A DNA stretch of 64,000 bases from Burkholderiaceae bacterium (GTDB lineage: Bacteria > Patescibacteriota > Saccharimonadia > Saccharimonadales > AQU-01), in the NCBI GenBank assembly GCA_043788365.1, contig JAYVTZ010000002.1, forward strand, positions 51,208 to 115,207, in the 5' to 3' direction. Positions 37,047 through 44,147 of this stretch are shown here, one piece after another. Both the position numbers and the translations under genes were made by a program. Numbering within the stretch: position 1 is the first letter of the stretch; the number at the start of each line of letters is the position of its first letter. The notes below the pieces were generated by a model, which was given only the letters and a program-made list of their open reading frames with translations, ran no database searches and was not told the DNA's origin.

Positions 37047-37242
37047 TTAATTAAACTTAAAGCTGTCTATCATTTGGGTGGCAGCAATACCGACTCCGTA
37101 TTTTTTATGCTCCAGCGTAAAGCACATGTTTTTAATAAGTTGTTGCACTTCGTCTGAAAAAAACATCTTTCGCTGTTAAACGCTTAGCGATGGAACGTAG
37201 AATCGGGTTGCCAAACTCAGTTTTATTTAGGATATTAGTCAT
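37047..37242 (-). pseudogene. def: Peptide deformylase remnant (frameshifted and truncated)
   Basis: MTNILNKTEFGNPILRSIAKRLTAKDVF, then after a T7 run and in another frame SDEVQQLIKNMCFTLEHKKYGVGIAATQ (the GxGxAAxQ motif), then stop. The EGCLS and HExxH motifs are absent. Confidence 0.6.
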
Positions 37243-37271
37243 GGTCGTATCATAGCAAAAACTTGGATTGG

Positions 37272-37715
37272 TTAACGAAGAACTGTCCCGAATTCCTCGC
37301 GAACTATGTCTGGTACATCTCGGGCCATATCCTCATAACGTCGGAACCTTATGTCTACAAAACTTGTGGCACCAAGTGCTAGTCTAGTAATCTTCGAGTC
37401 TTTTTGGGCCACAAGTAGTGCCGGTTTGCCTAACATTACAGCCTCGCGAGATTCCCAGCCTAGACCCCAACTCGGTTCATCCATAACACCGACAAATGCA
37501 TCACAGCCACCTACGTTTTTAACAATGTCAACTTCGTAGACATCAACTTCTGTACCAGCAGTAGTACCAAGAAACTGCATGATTTCCCAGTCACGAGCTA
37601 ACTCTTCCTTGGTTCGCTCGACTTCATCTTTAAATGCCTGGCTAGCAAGTGTAAGGCCGCAGCCAACATAAAGTTTTTTCTTTTCAACTATAGTTAAAGC
37701 TTCAGGACCTGACAT
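37272..37715 (-). CDS. Nucleoside 2-deoxyribosyltransferase-like / Rossmann-like protein
   Basis: KLYVGCGLT...CDAFVGVMDEPSWGLGWESREAVMLGKPALLV pattern; weak call. Confidence 0.45.
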   Translation of the reverse strand: MSGPEALTIVEKKKLYVGCGLTLASQAFKDEVERTKEELARDWEIMQFLGTTAGTEVDVYEVDIVKNVGGCDAFVGVMDEPSWGLGWESREAVMLGKPALLVAQKDSKITRLALGATSFVDIRFRRYEDMARDVPDIVREEFGTVLR

Positions 37716-37819
37716 ATCTACTCCTTATTGAACCTAACTATAGTAATTTATTTACCTATTGCAAGCATGAGGGGAATATATCGTTAAAAAATATTCCCAA
37801 CATTTGTGTTTTCAACGAA

Positions 37820-37848
37820 TTGACATTTCCCCCCTGTTAAGGTATTAT
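37820..37848 (+). promoter_or_regulatory. Near-consensus sigma70-type promoter
   Basis: TTGACA, 17 nt, TATTAT, about 155 nt upstream of tRNA-fMet. Confidence 0.6.
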
Positions 37849-38003
37849 CTAATCTGTTCTTTTGTCTTGAATGTTCGATGTCTTGTTCGATTTCGAGAGA
37901 GGATTCTCGAAATCGGGAGGAGATGGCTTGGTGGGGTAACTAGAACTGACGGTCAAACTTGTTTTGCCGGCGGTTCAGTTACCCAACCATCACACATCGA
38001 CGA

Positions 38004-38078
38004 CGCGGGGTGGAGCAGCGGCAGCTCGCGTGGCTCATAACCACGAGGTCCCAGGTTCGAGTCCTGGCCCCGCTACCA
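38004..38078 (+). tRNA. Initiator tRNA-fMet (anticodon CAU), CCA encoded
   Basis: CGCGGGG TG GAGC AGCGGCA GCTC G CGTGG CTCATAA CCACG AGGTC CCAGG TTCGAGT CCTGG CCCCGCT A CCA. Has a 1:72 mismatch and A11:U24. Close to the E. coli initiator tRNA. Confidence 0.85.
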
Positions 38079-38083
38079 AAGTA

Positions 38084-38111
38084 AAAGACTCATCGTAAGA
38101 TGGGTCTTTTT
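38084..38111 (+). terminator. Rho-independent terminator after tRNA-fMet
   Basis: AAAGACTCATC-gtaa-GATGGGTCTTTTT. Same stem arms as the tRNA-Lys terminator. Confidence 0.7.
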
Positions 38112-38230
38112 CTTTGGTACAAAGTCCGGCTCGGTTCTGGGACTCGACAGTCTAAGCTGGCGATAGTCCCATAGTTCGCTAATCCCCCGTCCGCTTTAGC
38201 GGATAAACGGGCGAATTATACCTTAGTATT

Positions 38231-38246
38231 CCTGGCCCCCTACCAA
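38231..38246 (+). repeat. Partial copy of the tRNA-fMet 3' end
   Basis: CCTGGCCCC-CTACCAA compared with CCTGGCCCCGCTACCAA at 38063..38079. Confidence 0.55.
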
Positions 38247-38260
38247 GCATAAGCAGCATG

Positions 38261-38285
38261 GAACCTCTCTGTGGGGGTTCTTTTT
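38261..38285 (+). terminator. Second rho-independent terminator
   Basis: GAACCTCT-ctgt-GGGGGTTC followed by TTTTT. Confidence 0.6.
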
Positions 38286-38322
38286 ATTGCAAATAAACTT
38301 CTCTAAGCTTATGCTTCATCTT

Positions 38323-39024
38323 ATGAAGAAAAATCAAAAAGGTTTCAGTGCGGTAGAAGTAATACTCTTGGTCGTTGTCTTAGGGTTGATTGCCGGCGTC
38401 GGCTATTATGTATTCAGTCAAAGGTCAGGTAAGGTCGTAGATAATGCAAGCACTTCGAGTTCTTCAAGCGACCAGAAAGCTGATACGACGGTGGAGGATA
38501 AATCGGCTGATAGCGATGCGCAATCCTGGGTGCTACTTACATCAGGCAAAGGCGGATTTTCAATAAGGATTCCCGATGGATGGGAAATTAGTAATTACAA
38601 AGGTGAAGATAATGTTCAGTCAAATAGTTTAACGTATAAGAAGGGAACGCCGGCAAAAGTAACTAATCAACCCTTCCCATATGGTGGTGACTCAAGCTTT
38701 AGATTTTCAGTCACAAAATTTGATAATACTGAAAATTTCAAGTTCATTAATGGTGACGAGCAAAAAACTGAGTTCAATATCGGTAGCCAAAAAGGAACGC
38801 GATATTACAAGAAATATCCTGTTGAACCCGTTGAAGGGATTGGTCCTTACCCAGGCGAAGAAATTTATATTTACGAATTTAAAACAGCTAGCACTACGAC
38901 CTACATTTCTTACGGTATCTATAACCATAATCAATACTCGGATAGTATAGGCATAAAGGAATCTGACCAGAATCAAGTAGAGCTTATTGAAAGGGCTGTT
39001 AAAACATTAAAAATTAAAGATTAG
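38323..39024 (+). CDS. Type IV pilin-like (prepilin-type N-terminus) protein
   Basis: MKKNQKG|FSAVEVILLVVVLGLIAG, a class III signal with Glu at +5. The track start at 38287 (TTG) overlaps the terminator, so the start was moved to 38323. Confidence 0.7.
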   Translation: MKKNQKGFSAVEVILLVVVLGLIAGVGYYVFSQRSGKVVDNASTSSSSSDQKADTTVEDKSADSDAQSWVLLTSGKGGFSIRIPDGWEISNYKGEDNVQSNSLTYKKGTPAKVTNQPFPYGGDSSFRFSVTKFDNTENFKFINGDEQKTEFNIGSQKGTRYYKKYPVEPVEGIGPYPGEEIYIYEFKTASTTTYISYGIYNHNQYSDSIGIKESDQNQVELIERAVKTLKIKD

Positions 39025-39036
39025 TGTCTTCTGGTT

Positions 39037-39411
39037 TTGGCCCTGCTGGGTTACCAAGTTAAAGTTTTCAGATCGAGATTAGTTCCAGCAGAGCCAGTTT
39101 CGCAACCATCTAAAGAAAAATTCGGACTTGCTGAATTAGGAGTTGTAAGGGCAGATCTACACCCCAAAATTATCGAATTAAACAAAAAAGCCGGCATGCC
39201 AAAACCCGAACTTATGGGTGGCAGCGTGAGGGTACATCATTCATGCGTTTATAGGCCAGGCAACATACCGCCAATGACAATGATTACGGGAGACGCAATC
39301 GTAGAGGGCCAGCAACTTTTTATGGGCATTTCACATCCTACAGCCGAGCGTCCTATGCAAGGCTTTGAATATAATGCTCATGTTTTATACGCAGAGGCTT
39401 TTCCTGCCTAG
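39037..39411 (+). CDS. Hypothetical protein (124 aa, TTG start)
   Basis: ORF only. Confidence 0.35.
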   Translation: MALLGYQVKVFRSRLVPAEPVSQPSKEKFGLAELGVVRADLHPKIIELNKKAGMPKPELMGGSVRVHHSCVYRPGNIPPMTMITGDAIVEGQQLFMGISHPTAERPMQGFEYNAHVLYAEAFPA

Positions 39412-39495
39412 GGTTAGTGCCATCTGTTCAAATCCTCTGGCAACATAGCAGTTACAGACAAAAGGCCTAGACCTCTAAATTCCCTCGATATTCGC

Positions 39496-40317
39496 CTACA
39501 ACCGCATCAAACCCGTAACATTTCCTGCAACCATTAGTTTGTCGTGCAGTAATGAAGTTGGTGGGGTTTTTGTAAGCTGTTCTTGAACTTTTTGAGCGTT
39601 GAGTGCTCGTTGGACCAGGCCATCTACTGCTACACCGCCATAGCTTACATTGCCAAGTATATCGACCTTGCTATCTTCTCCTTTAAGATCGGCCCAACTC
39701 GGAAACGAATCTACCGTAGCAATTGCTCTAGAATGACTATCTTTCAACAGTTTAATCCTAGCTTCGATACGAGACCGGTGCGAGGGACCATCCATATAAC
39801 CCACTAACTCATCCGCCTCTTCGTCAGTCACGCCACTGCTCATTTCAAAGTCGACCATAAAATCTCCAAGTTCTACAATTCTGGTCTTTTGGGTCGAATG
39901 ACTACCAACAAGATAGTCTGTCAATGTGGTTTTTGGCAGCGCAGGACTATCACGTTTAGACGATGGAGCTTCGCGTTTAACTTGCCTGAGCAGAAAGCGC
40001 CGTTCGTGCGTAAGAGTGTCGTTCTTTTTAATTCTATGTACCCAGCTTGCTATCAACAATTCGGACGAAACATCAACCTTATCACCCGTCATCGGCTGTT
40101 CTTCTAAGGCATTGCCCTGATATACAAGATATGGCTGCACCTTGGGTATTGCACCTTTATCTTTTTCAATTTGCTCTAATGGATCATCGGTATCGGCAAC
40201 TAGTTGATAGTCTCTACCCAGACGTGCCCAGGTGAGCTGAAGCTGGGCATGAAAAAGGGGAGCCGAGCCCCCCTGTTTTCGATCCAGTACATCTGGTACT
40301 TTAAGTCTATCTGACAT
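39496..40317 (-). CDS. Hypothetical soluble protein (273 aa)
   Basis: Long ORF, visibly more GC-rich than its neighbours; no motif recognised. Confidence 0.5.
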   Translation of the reverse strand: MSDRLKVPDVLDRKQGGSAPLFHAQLQLTWARLGRDYQLVADTDDPLEQIEKDKGAIPKVQPYLVYQGNALEEQPMTGDKVDVSSELLIASWVHRIKKNDTLTHERRFLLRQVKREAPSSKRDSPALPKTTLTDYLVGSHSTQKTRIVELGDFMVDFEMSSGVTDEEADELVGYMDGPSHRSRIEARIKLLKDSHSRAIATVDSFPSWADLKGEDSKVDILGNVSYGGVAVDGLVQRALNAQKVQEQLTKTPPTSLLHDKLMVAGNVTGLMRL

Positions 40318-40371
40318 TGCGATGCATTATGGCTTGATAACATAAAGCTGTCAAGAAGAAGGCTCCTTTCG

Positions 40372-40401
40372 ACTGGATTCCCTGTCGCAGGAGGAATGAC
40401 A
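40372..40401. repeat. Solo palindromic unit of the TGTCAT...ATCCAGT family
   Basis: ACTGGATTCCCTGTCGCAGGAGGAATGACA. Confidence 0.6.
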
Positions 40402-40408
40402 ATAAGAG

Positions 40409-40861
40409 CTACTCGGCTTGTCGGTGGAGGAAGAAATTAACCCAAGCCTGAAGATTTTGACGATAAACTGGCTGGTCTTTGGCCACAACTACACCGCTAG
40501 TACTGACTACTTGCGCTAGGTCAACGGTATGGGCTAAGGCTACCTTATTTGGTATTAGATAAACCCTCTCGCCGGGAGCGGCCAGACCAAACTGCCTGCG
40601 AGCAGACAGCTCAAGAAATTCATCGGTATTTAGATACTGATTTTTAAGATCTAGGTTCTTGTTCTCAAGCTGGTGTAGTTGATTCTCTTGTTCTAGAGTT
40701 GCGATCTGTTTTTGTAAGGAATAGTTAGCCTGTATGGCTTTTATGCCGCTCCAACTGACTAAAATTGCAATCACACCAAAGCCAAGCAACATCAGCACCC
40801 TGACATCACTGAGGTCACGGTAGATGTTGTTAAATTTGGTTTTACTTATTTTTATTCGCAT
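40409..40861 (-). CDS. Septum formation initiator (FtsB/DivIC-like) protein
   Basis: N-terminal TM, then a coiled coil (LQKQIATLEQENQLHQLENKNLDLKNQ) and FGLAAPGERVY. Confidence 0.65.
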   Translation of the reverse strand: MRIKISKTKFNNIYRDLSDVRVLMLLGFGVIAILVSWSGIKAIQANYSLQKQIATLEQENQLHQLENKNLDLKNQYLNTDEFLELSARRQFGLAAPGERVYLIPNKVALAHTVDLAQVVSTSGVVVAKDQPVYRQNLQAWVNFFLHRQAE

Positions 40862-40944
40862 TAGCAGTTTAATTATACCAAAATTCTGCTAACCTAAAAT
40901 TAAGTGCTTCAAGATATAGGACTCTTAACTAAAGGAGGGTTTAT

Positions 40945-41403
40945 ATGTCTACAGATATCAGCGGTGAAATATTAAGAGCTGACCCTACGACCACAGTCTA
41001 TTTGGAAGACATTGGCGGCATATTGGATGACCTAACGATTCTTGGCGAATTAGATAGCCATGCCGCAAATACGGAAATCAAAAGTCGACCCGACGGTATA
41101 GCCAGGTCTGTTAAAATCACCAAAGGTATTACTGCTGCCTTGAGACTCAATCCGGAATCTTCTCAGTCTTGGCAAGATCAGGCAAACTGCTTAGGCGTAG
41201 ACCCTGACCTGTTCTTCCCTAAACGTGGTGCTAGTACAAAAGAGGCAAAGGAGGTTTGTGGACAATGTGATGTTCGCTTGGTTTGCCTGGAATACGCTCT
41301 TGTTAACGGTGAAAAAGTTGGTATATGGGGCGGATTATCCGAACGAGAGCGAAGAAGAATCCGTGGTCAAAGGTTTAGAGACTCCAAACGAACTCAGGCT
41401 TAA
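40945..41403 (+). CDS. WhiB-like (Wbl) Fe-S transcription factor with ~75-aa N-terminal extension
   Basis: C-X27-C-X2-C-X5-C: ANCLGVDPDLFFP...CGQCDVRLVCLEYALVNGEKVGIWGGLSERERRRI. Confidence 0.8.
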   Translation: MSTDISGEILRADPTTTVYLEDIGGILDDLTILGELDSHAANTEIKSRPDGIARSVKITKGITAALRLNPESSQSWQDQANCLGVDPDLFFPKRGASTKEAKEVCGQCDVRLVCLEYALVNGEKVGIWGGLSERERRRIRGQRFRDSKRTQA

Positions 41404-41461
41404 TCTGTTATAATCGTTTTGTTATCGTTGAAAATGAGAAGAATATTTGGGTCCGCACAAA

Positions 41462-41503
41462 GTCTCAGTCGTTAAAGCAGTCGGCTCATAATCGACTGAT
41501 TAA
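41462..41503 (+). repeat. Partial copy (D-arm plus anticodon arm) of the downstream tRNA(CAU)
   Basis: GTCTCAGTCGTTAAAGCAGTCGGCTCATAAtcgaCTGATTAA compared with GCTCAGTGGTTAGAGCAGTCGGCTCATAACTGATTGG. Confidence 0.7.
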
Positions 41504-41606
41504 GGAGATTATATGCAGAGCCCAAGGAAACCTTCTGATAAAATAATAGTTTCCCTGGAGCGAAGCTATATAACTGATCATTAAAAATACATTGGTAAAT
41601 TATGGA

Positions 41607-41682
41607 GGGGGTATAGCTCAGTGGTTAGAGCAGTCGGCTCATAACTGATTGGTCCTTGGTTCAAATCCAAGTACCCCCACCA
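41607..41682 (+). tRNA. tRNA with CAU anticodon, Ile2 (lysidine)-like, CCA encoded
   Basis: GGGGGTA TA GCTC AGTGGTTA GAGC A GTCGG CTCATAA CTGAT TGGTC CTTGG TTCAAAT CCAAG TACCCCC A CCA. The Ile2 assignment rests on resemblance to ileX-type tRNAs and is tentative. Confidence 0.8.
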
Positions 41683-41700
41683 TAATTTCCCAATATTGTT

Positions 41701-41735
41701 CTTGGTTCATCTGTCAGCCGACGGACCAAGTACCC
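41701..41735 (+). repeat. Partial copy (T-arm plus acceptor 3' strand) of tRNA(CAU) with a 16-nt T-loop insertion
   Basis: CTTGGTTCA[tctgtcagccgacgga]CCAAGTACCC. Confidence 0.7.
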
Positions 41736-41825
41736 AATAGCAAAGGTTCTGTTTTATCAATATGCTTATGCTGTTATTTGTTATATTATTTACTTGAAAC
41801 AACATCTAAAAAGTAAAAGGTAAAA

Positions 41826-42479
41826 ATGAACCCTCAGGAACCACTGAATATCGTACCTGGACAGCCCGCGAGTCAAACTCCATTAGTGGTTGAGCCACAA
41901 AGTACACCTCCCGCACCAATAACCGTCCAGCCAATGATAGTAACTGGGCCACAGAATATCGTGCCAGGCACGCTAGGCTCGGCGACCATACCTCAGCACT
42001 TCGTTCCCGGACAGGTCCCAGGCCAACAAACAACCTCTGCGGAACCAGCCAAACTTGGTATGTTTGAGCGCAGAATGGGACGGATGGATTACTTCATCGG
42101 TGGTTTGTATGCCGTAGCATTGTTAATATTGCCTTCGATAGTTATGTTTGGATTGTCACTTTACGCTAGCCGTAGTTCACTATATAGTACCGGTACTTCC
42201 AGTAATCATTTAGTAACGGTAAATATAATTAGCCTACTCGTCGGACTTATTGTTATCGTGGTACTTATACCTGTGTCTTTGTCGCTTAGTATCAGACGGC
42301 TACACGACCTCGATCGCCCCGGAATTCTTGCTCTATTAGGCTTTGTGCCATATGCTGGGGCGCTATTTAGCCTTTACCTACTATTCGCACCAGGCACTAT
42401 TGGGCCAAACAAATACGGCAACCCTATTACTTCTAAAAACTTTTTCGTAGTCGTTGGGCTCAAACGACCGTTGAGCTAA
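41826..42479 (+). CDS. DUF805-family membrane protein with Pro-rich N-terminus
   Basis: RRMGRMDYFIGGLY...SIRRLHDLDRPG pattern. Confidence 0.7.
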   Translation: MNPQEPLNIVPGQPASQTPLVVEPQSTPPAPITVQPMIVTGPQNIVPGTLGSATIPQHFVPGQVPGQQTTSAEPAKLGMFERRMGRMDYFIGGLYAVALLILPSIVMFGLSLYASRSSLYSTGTSSNHLVTVNIISLLVGLIVIVVLIPVSLSLSIRRLHDLDRPGILALLGFVPYAGALFSLYLLFAPGTIGPNKYGNPITSKNFFVVVGLKRPLS

Positions 42480-42480
42480 T

Positions 42481-42512
42481 AAAAAGAGCCACCGTCCGTG
42501 TGGCTCTTTTTG
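42481..42512. terminator. Rho-independent terminator (bidirectional)
   Basis: AAAGAGCCAC-cgtccgt-GTGGCTCTTTTT. Confidence 0.75.
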
Positions 42513-42524
42513 AATTTTATATGT

Positions 42525-43491
42525 TTAGTGAACGACTAAATTACCCCTTGTTATAGCAAAAGGACCGTCGCCTGGAGTGCTCATATTGGCAACACCAATC
42601 TCAGCCACACTTTCAGTCGTAAAGCTTCCCCATATCAGGTCGCCATTATTGCCAGGAGTACCGCCGTCATGGGCCTTAACAAATACCCAATTTCCTACCC
42701 CAACATTACCCTTTGTAACTAATCCAGCGAACCAAACATCATTTCCAACAATATTCACCAACGAAACTTTGGCTTCATAATGTTGACCATTTACATCTGA
42801 ATAGTGAAACTCACCCTTGCCTTCGCAACCAACAACCGTTTGAGCGGCAGTACCATGTGTGCTCGCCCATGTTCCAGTCCTAACACCACCAGTTACATCG
42901 TTCCAAAGACCACTAACACTACCATTACTAGCTATTACGCCAGTAAAATGAGCCGTTAGACTCGGGACTGAATTAAAAAATCCACTAAATTCGAACATAT
43001 TACTTGTCACTGAACCTGCTGTAATCGTCCATGGGCTACCGCCACCGACCAACTCAATTGACCCAGTTAAACTCGTTCCAACTTGAGCCAAAACAAGATT
43101 TTCTGGATAGTTGACGCCTAAATATTCAACATTAATAACCCATTTATTACTCACGTCGGCGCTATAGGTGCAAACACAACGGTTTTGACTATGCTCATTG
43201 TCTGATTCACGTGTGTTTCTATTTGATAGACCACCTTCTTCTGAATCGTGTTGGCGATCCTCGGACGTTTTACAGTTCTGCCTAAGATCAAATTCTGCGC
43301 TGCGTTTCAAGCCGTATGCGGTGTACTTAACCTCGCCTGATGCTCCTCTTGAACCACCCCCCCTCTTCAGCTAAAGCCGGCACAGCGAGACCACCTATGA
43401 GCACTAGTATTGCCAGACTGCTAAGAATATACTTCTTGACATTTGACCGAATACGCACGGCACCGTCTTTAAGGTTGTATCTATATCGCAT
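42525..43491 (-). pseudogene. Secreted protein gene split by a frameshift at a G7 (plus-strand C7) tract
   Basis: A signal-peptide ORF (start MRYRYNL at 43491, 4 nt after AAGGAGG) ends shortly after the tract at 43357..43363. Removing one G fuses it to track ORF 42525..43310. Confidence 0.65.
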
Positions 43492-43585
43492 AACACCTCC
43501 TTGCTTAACTACTAATTCCATTATGCACCATGTGTGCAAATTTTAGTTGTGCGAATAATCACATCCCTGATTGAATTTGCGCTCT

Positions 43586-43987
43586 CTAGCGCTCGATTTG
43601 ACTTTGCAGAGCGTGCCGAACTATTAAGATAGATGGGTCAATAGCTTTAGGAAGGTCATCAAGCGGGAACCAACCGACATTAGCAATCTCTGATTTTGAC
43701 GGTGTTAATCTAGTCTTTGGGTCAACTTCAGCCGTAAAACAACGGACATTATCGTTAGCACCCCGTAAGTATCTCTCAAAGTCTACGAGGTGCCTAAGGT
43801 CAAGCCCTTGCACTCCTAGCTCCTGACCAACTTCACGGTTGGCGGCTAGTATAGCTCCGGCGTGTCGACTAGCTTTATCGAGCTTTCTTTCTCGCCGCGT
43901 CAAGCCTCCACCAGGCAAACGCCACTCGTCCCGACCACTATAAGTGTTCTGAATCATTAAGATTTGCTCTAAGTCTGGGCTAGTCAA
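43586..43987 (-). CDS. Nudix hydrolase (possibly 5'-truncated)
   Basis: WRLPGGG...REVGQELGV Nudix-like box. TTG start. An in-frame TAA lies 8 codons upstream and an in-frame ATG at 44062. Confidence 0.6.
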   Translation of the reverse strand: MTSPDLEQILMIQNTYSGRDEWRLPGGGLTRRERKLDKASRHAGAILAANREVGQELGVQGLDLRHLVDFERYLRGANDNVRCFTAEVDPKTRLTPSKSEIANVGWFPLDDLPKAIDPSILIVRHALQSQIER

Positions 43988-44147
43988 GGCAATATGGGCG
44001 CCATGAACTTATGGGTTTACGGCCTTCCAGTATGCATCACGACCATGACCTGCGGCTTGCATTGCTATGCTTCTAGAACTCAAGATAATCTACTTCTCAG
44101 TTAAATAATACCTATATTGTATAATATTTATGTGCTAAAGTCTAGGG

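Noticed and set aside
37855-38003. The structured leader of tRNA-fMet as SRP (4.5S) or 6S RNA.
   Set aside because: It lacks the conserved SRP domain IV motifs (GNRA tetraloop, AGCA/GGAA symmetric loop). It is also too short and hairpin-like for 6S. It is kept only as an unexplained structured leader.
38113-38258. Motifs reminiscent of RNase P RNA (ACAAAGTCCGGCTC versus GGAAAGUCCGG) and of the tmRNA 5' end (GGGACTCGACAG versus GGAUUCGACAG), plus a ...CCCCCTACCA 3' end.
   Set aside because: The segment is only about 145 nt. There is no G3:U70-type acceptor pairing, no tag reading frame ending in an ALAA-like sequence, and no partner for a P4 helix. The motifs are better explained as tRNA-fMet-derived fragments. 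An Rfam scan would settle it.
39426-39435. GTTCAAATCC T-loop-like 10-mer between two convergent unknown genes, as a further tRNA fragment.
   Set aside because: There is no flanking T-stem or acceptor similarity. A 10-mer match is close to chance expectation in 128 kb of two-strand sequence.
39583-40235. Four short plus-strand ORFs (62-74 aa).
   Set aside because: All are antisense to the 273-aa ORF 39496..40317, which is the only long coherent frame there.
38004-41682. A genomic island bounded by tRNA-fMet and the Ile2-like tRNA.
   Set aside because: There is no integrase or mobility gene. The interval contains a probable core division gene (FtsB/DivIC-like). The tRNA-derived repeats lie within 250 bp of their own tRNA rather than at distant island ends. 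Only the 39.0-40.3 kb unknown genes look compositionally different.
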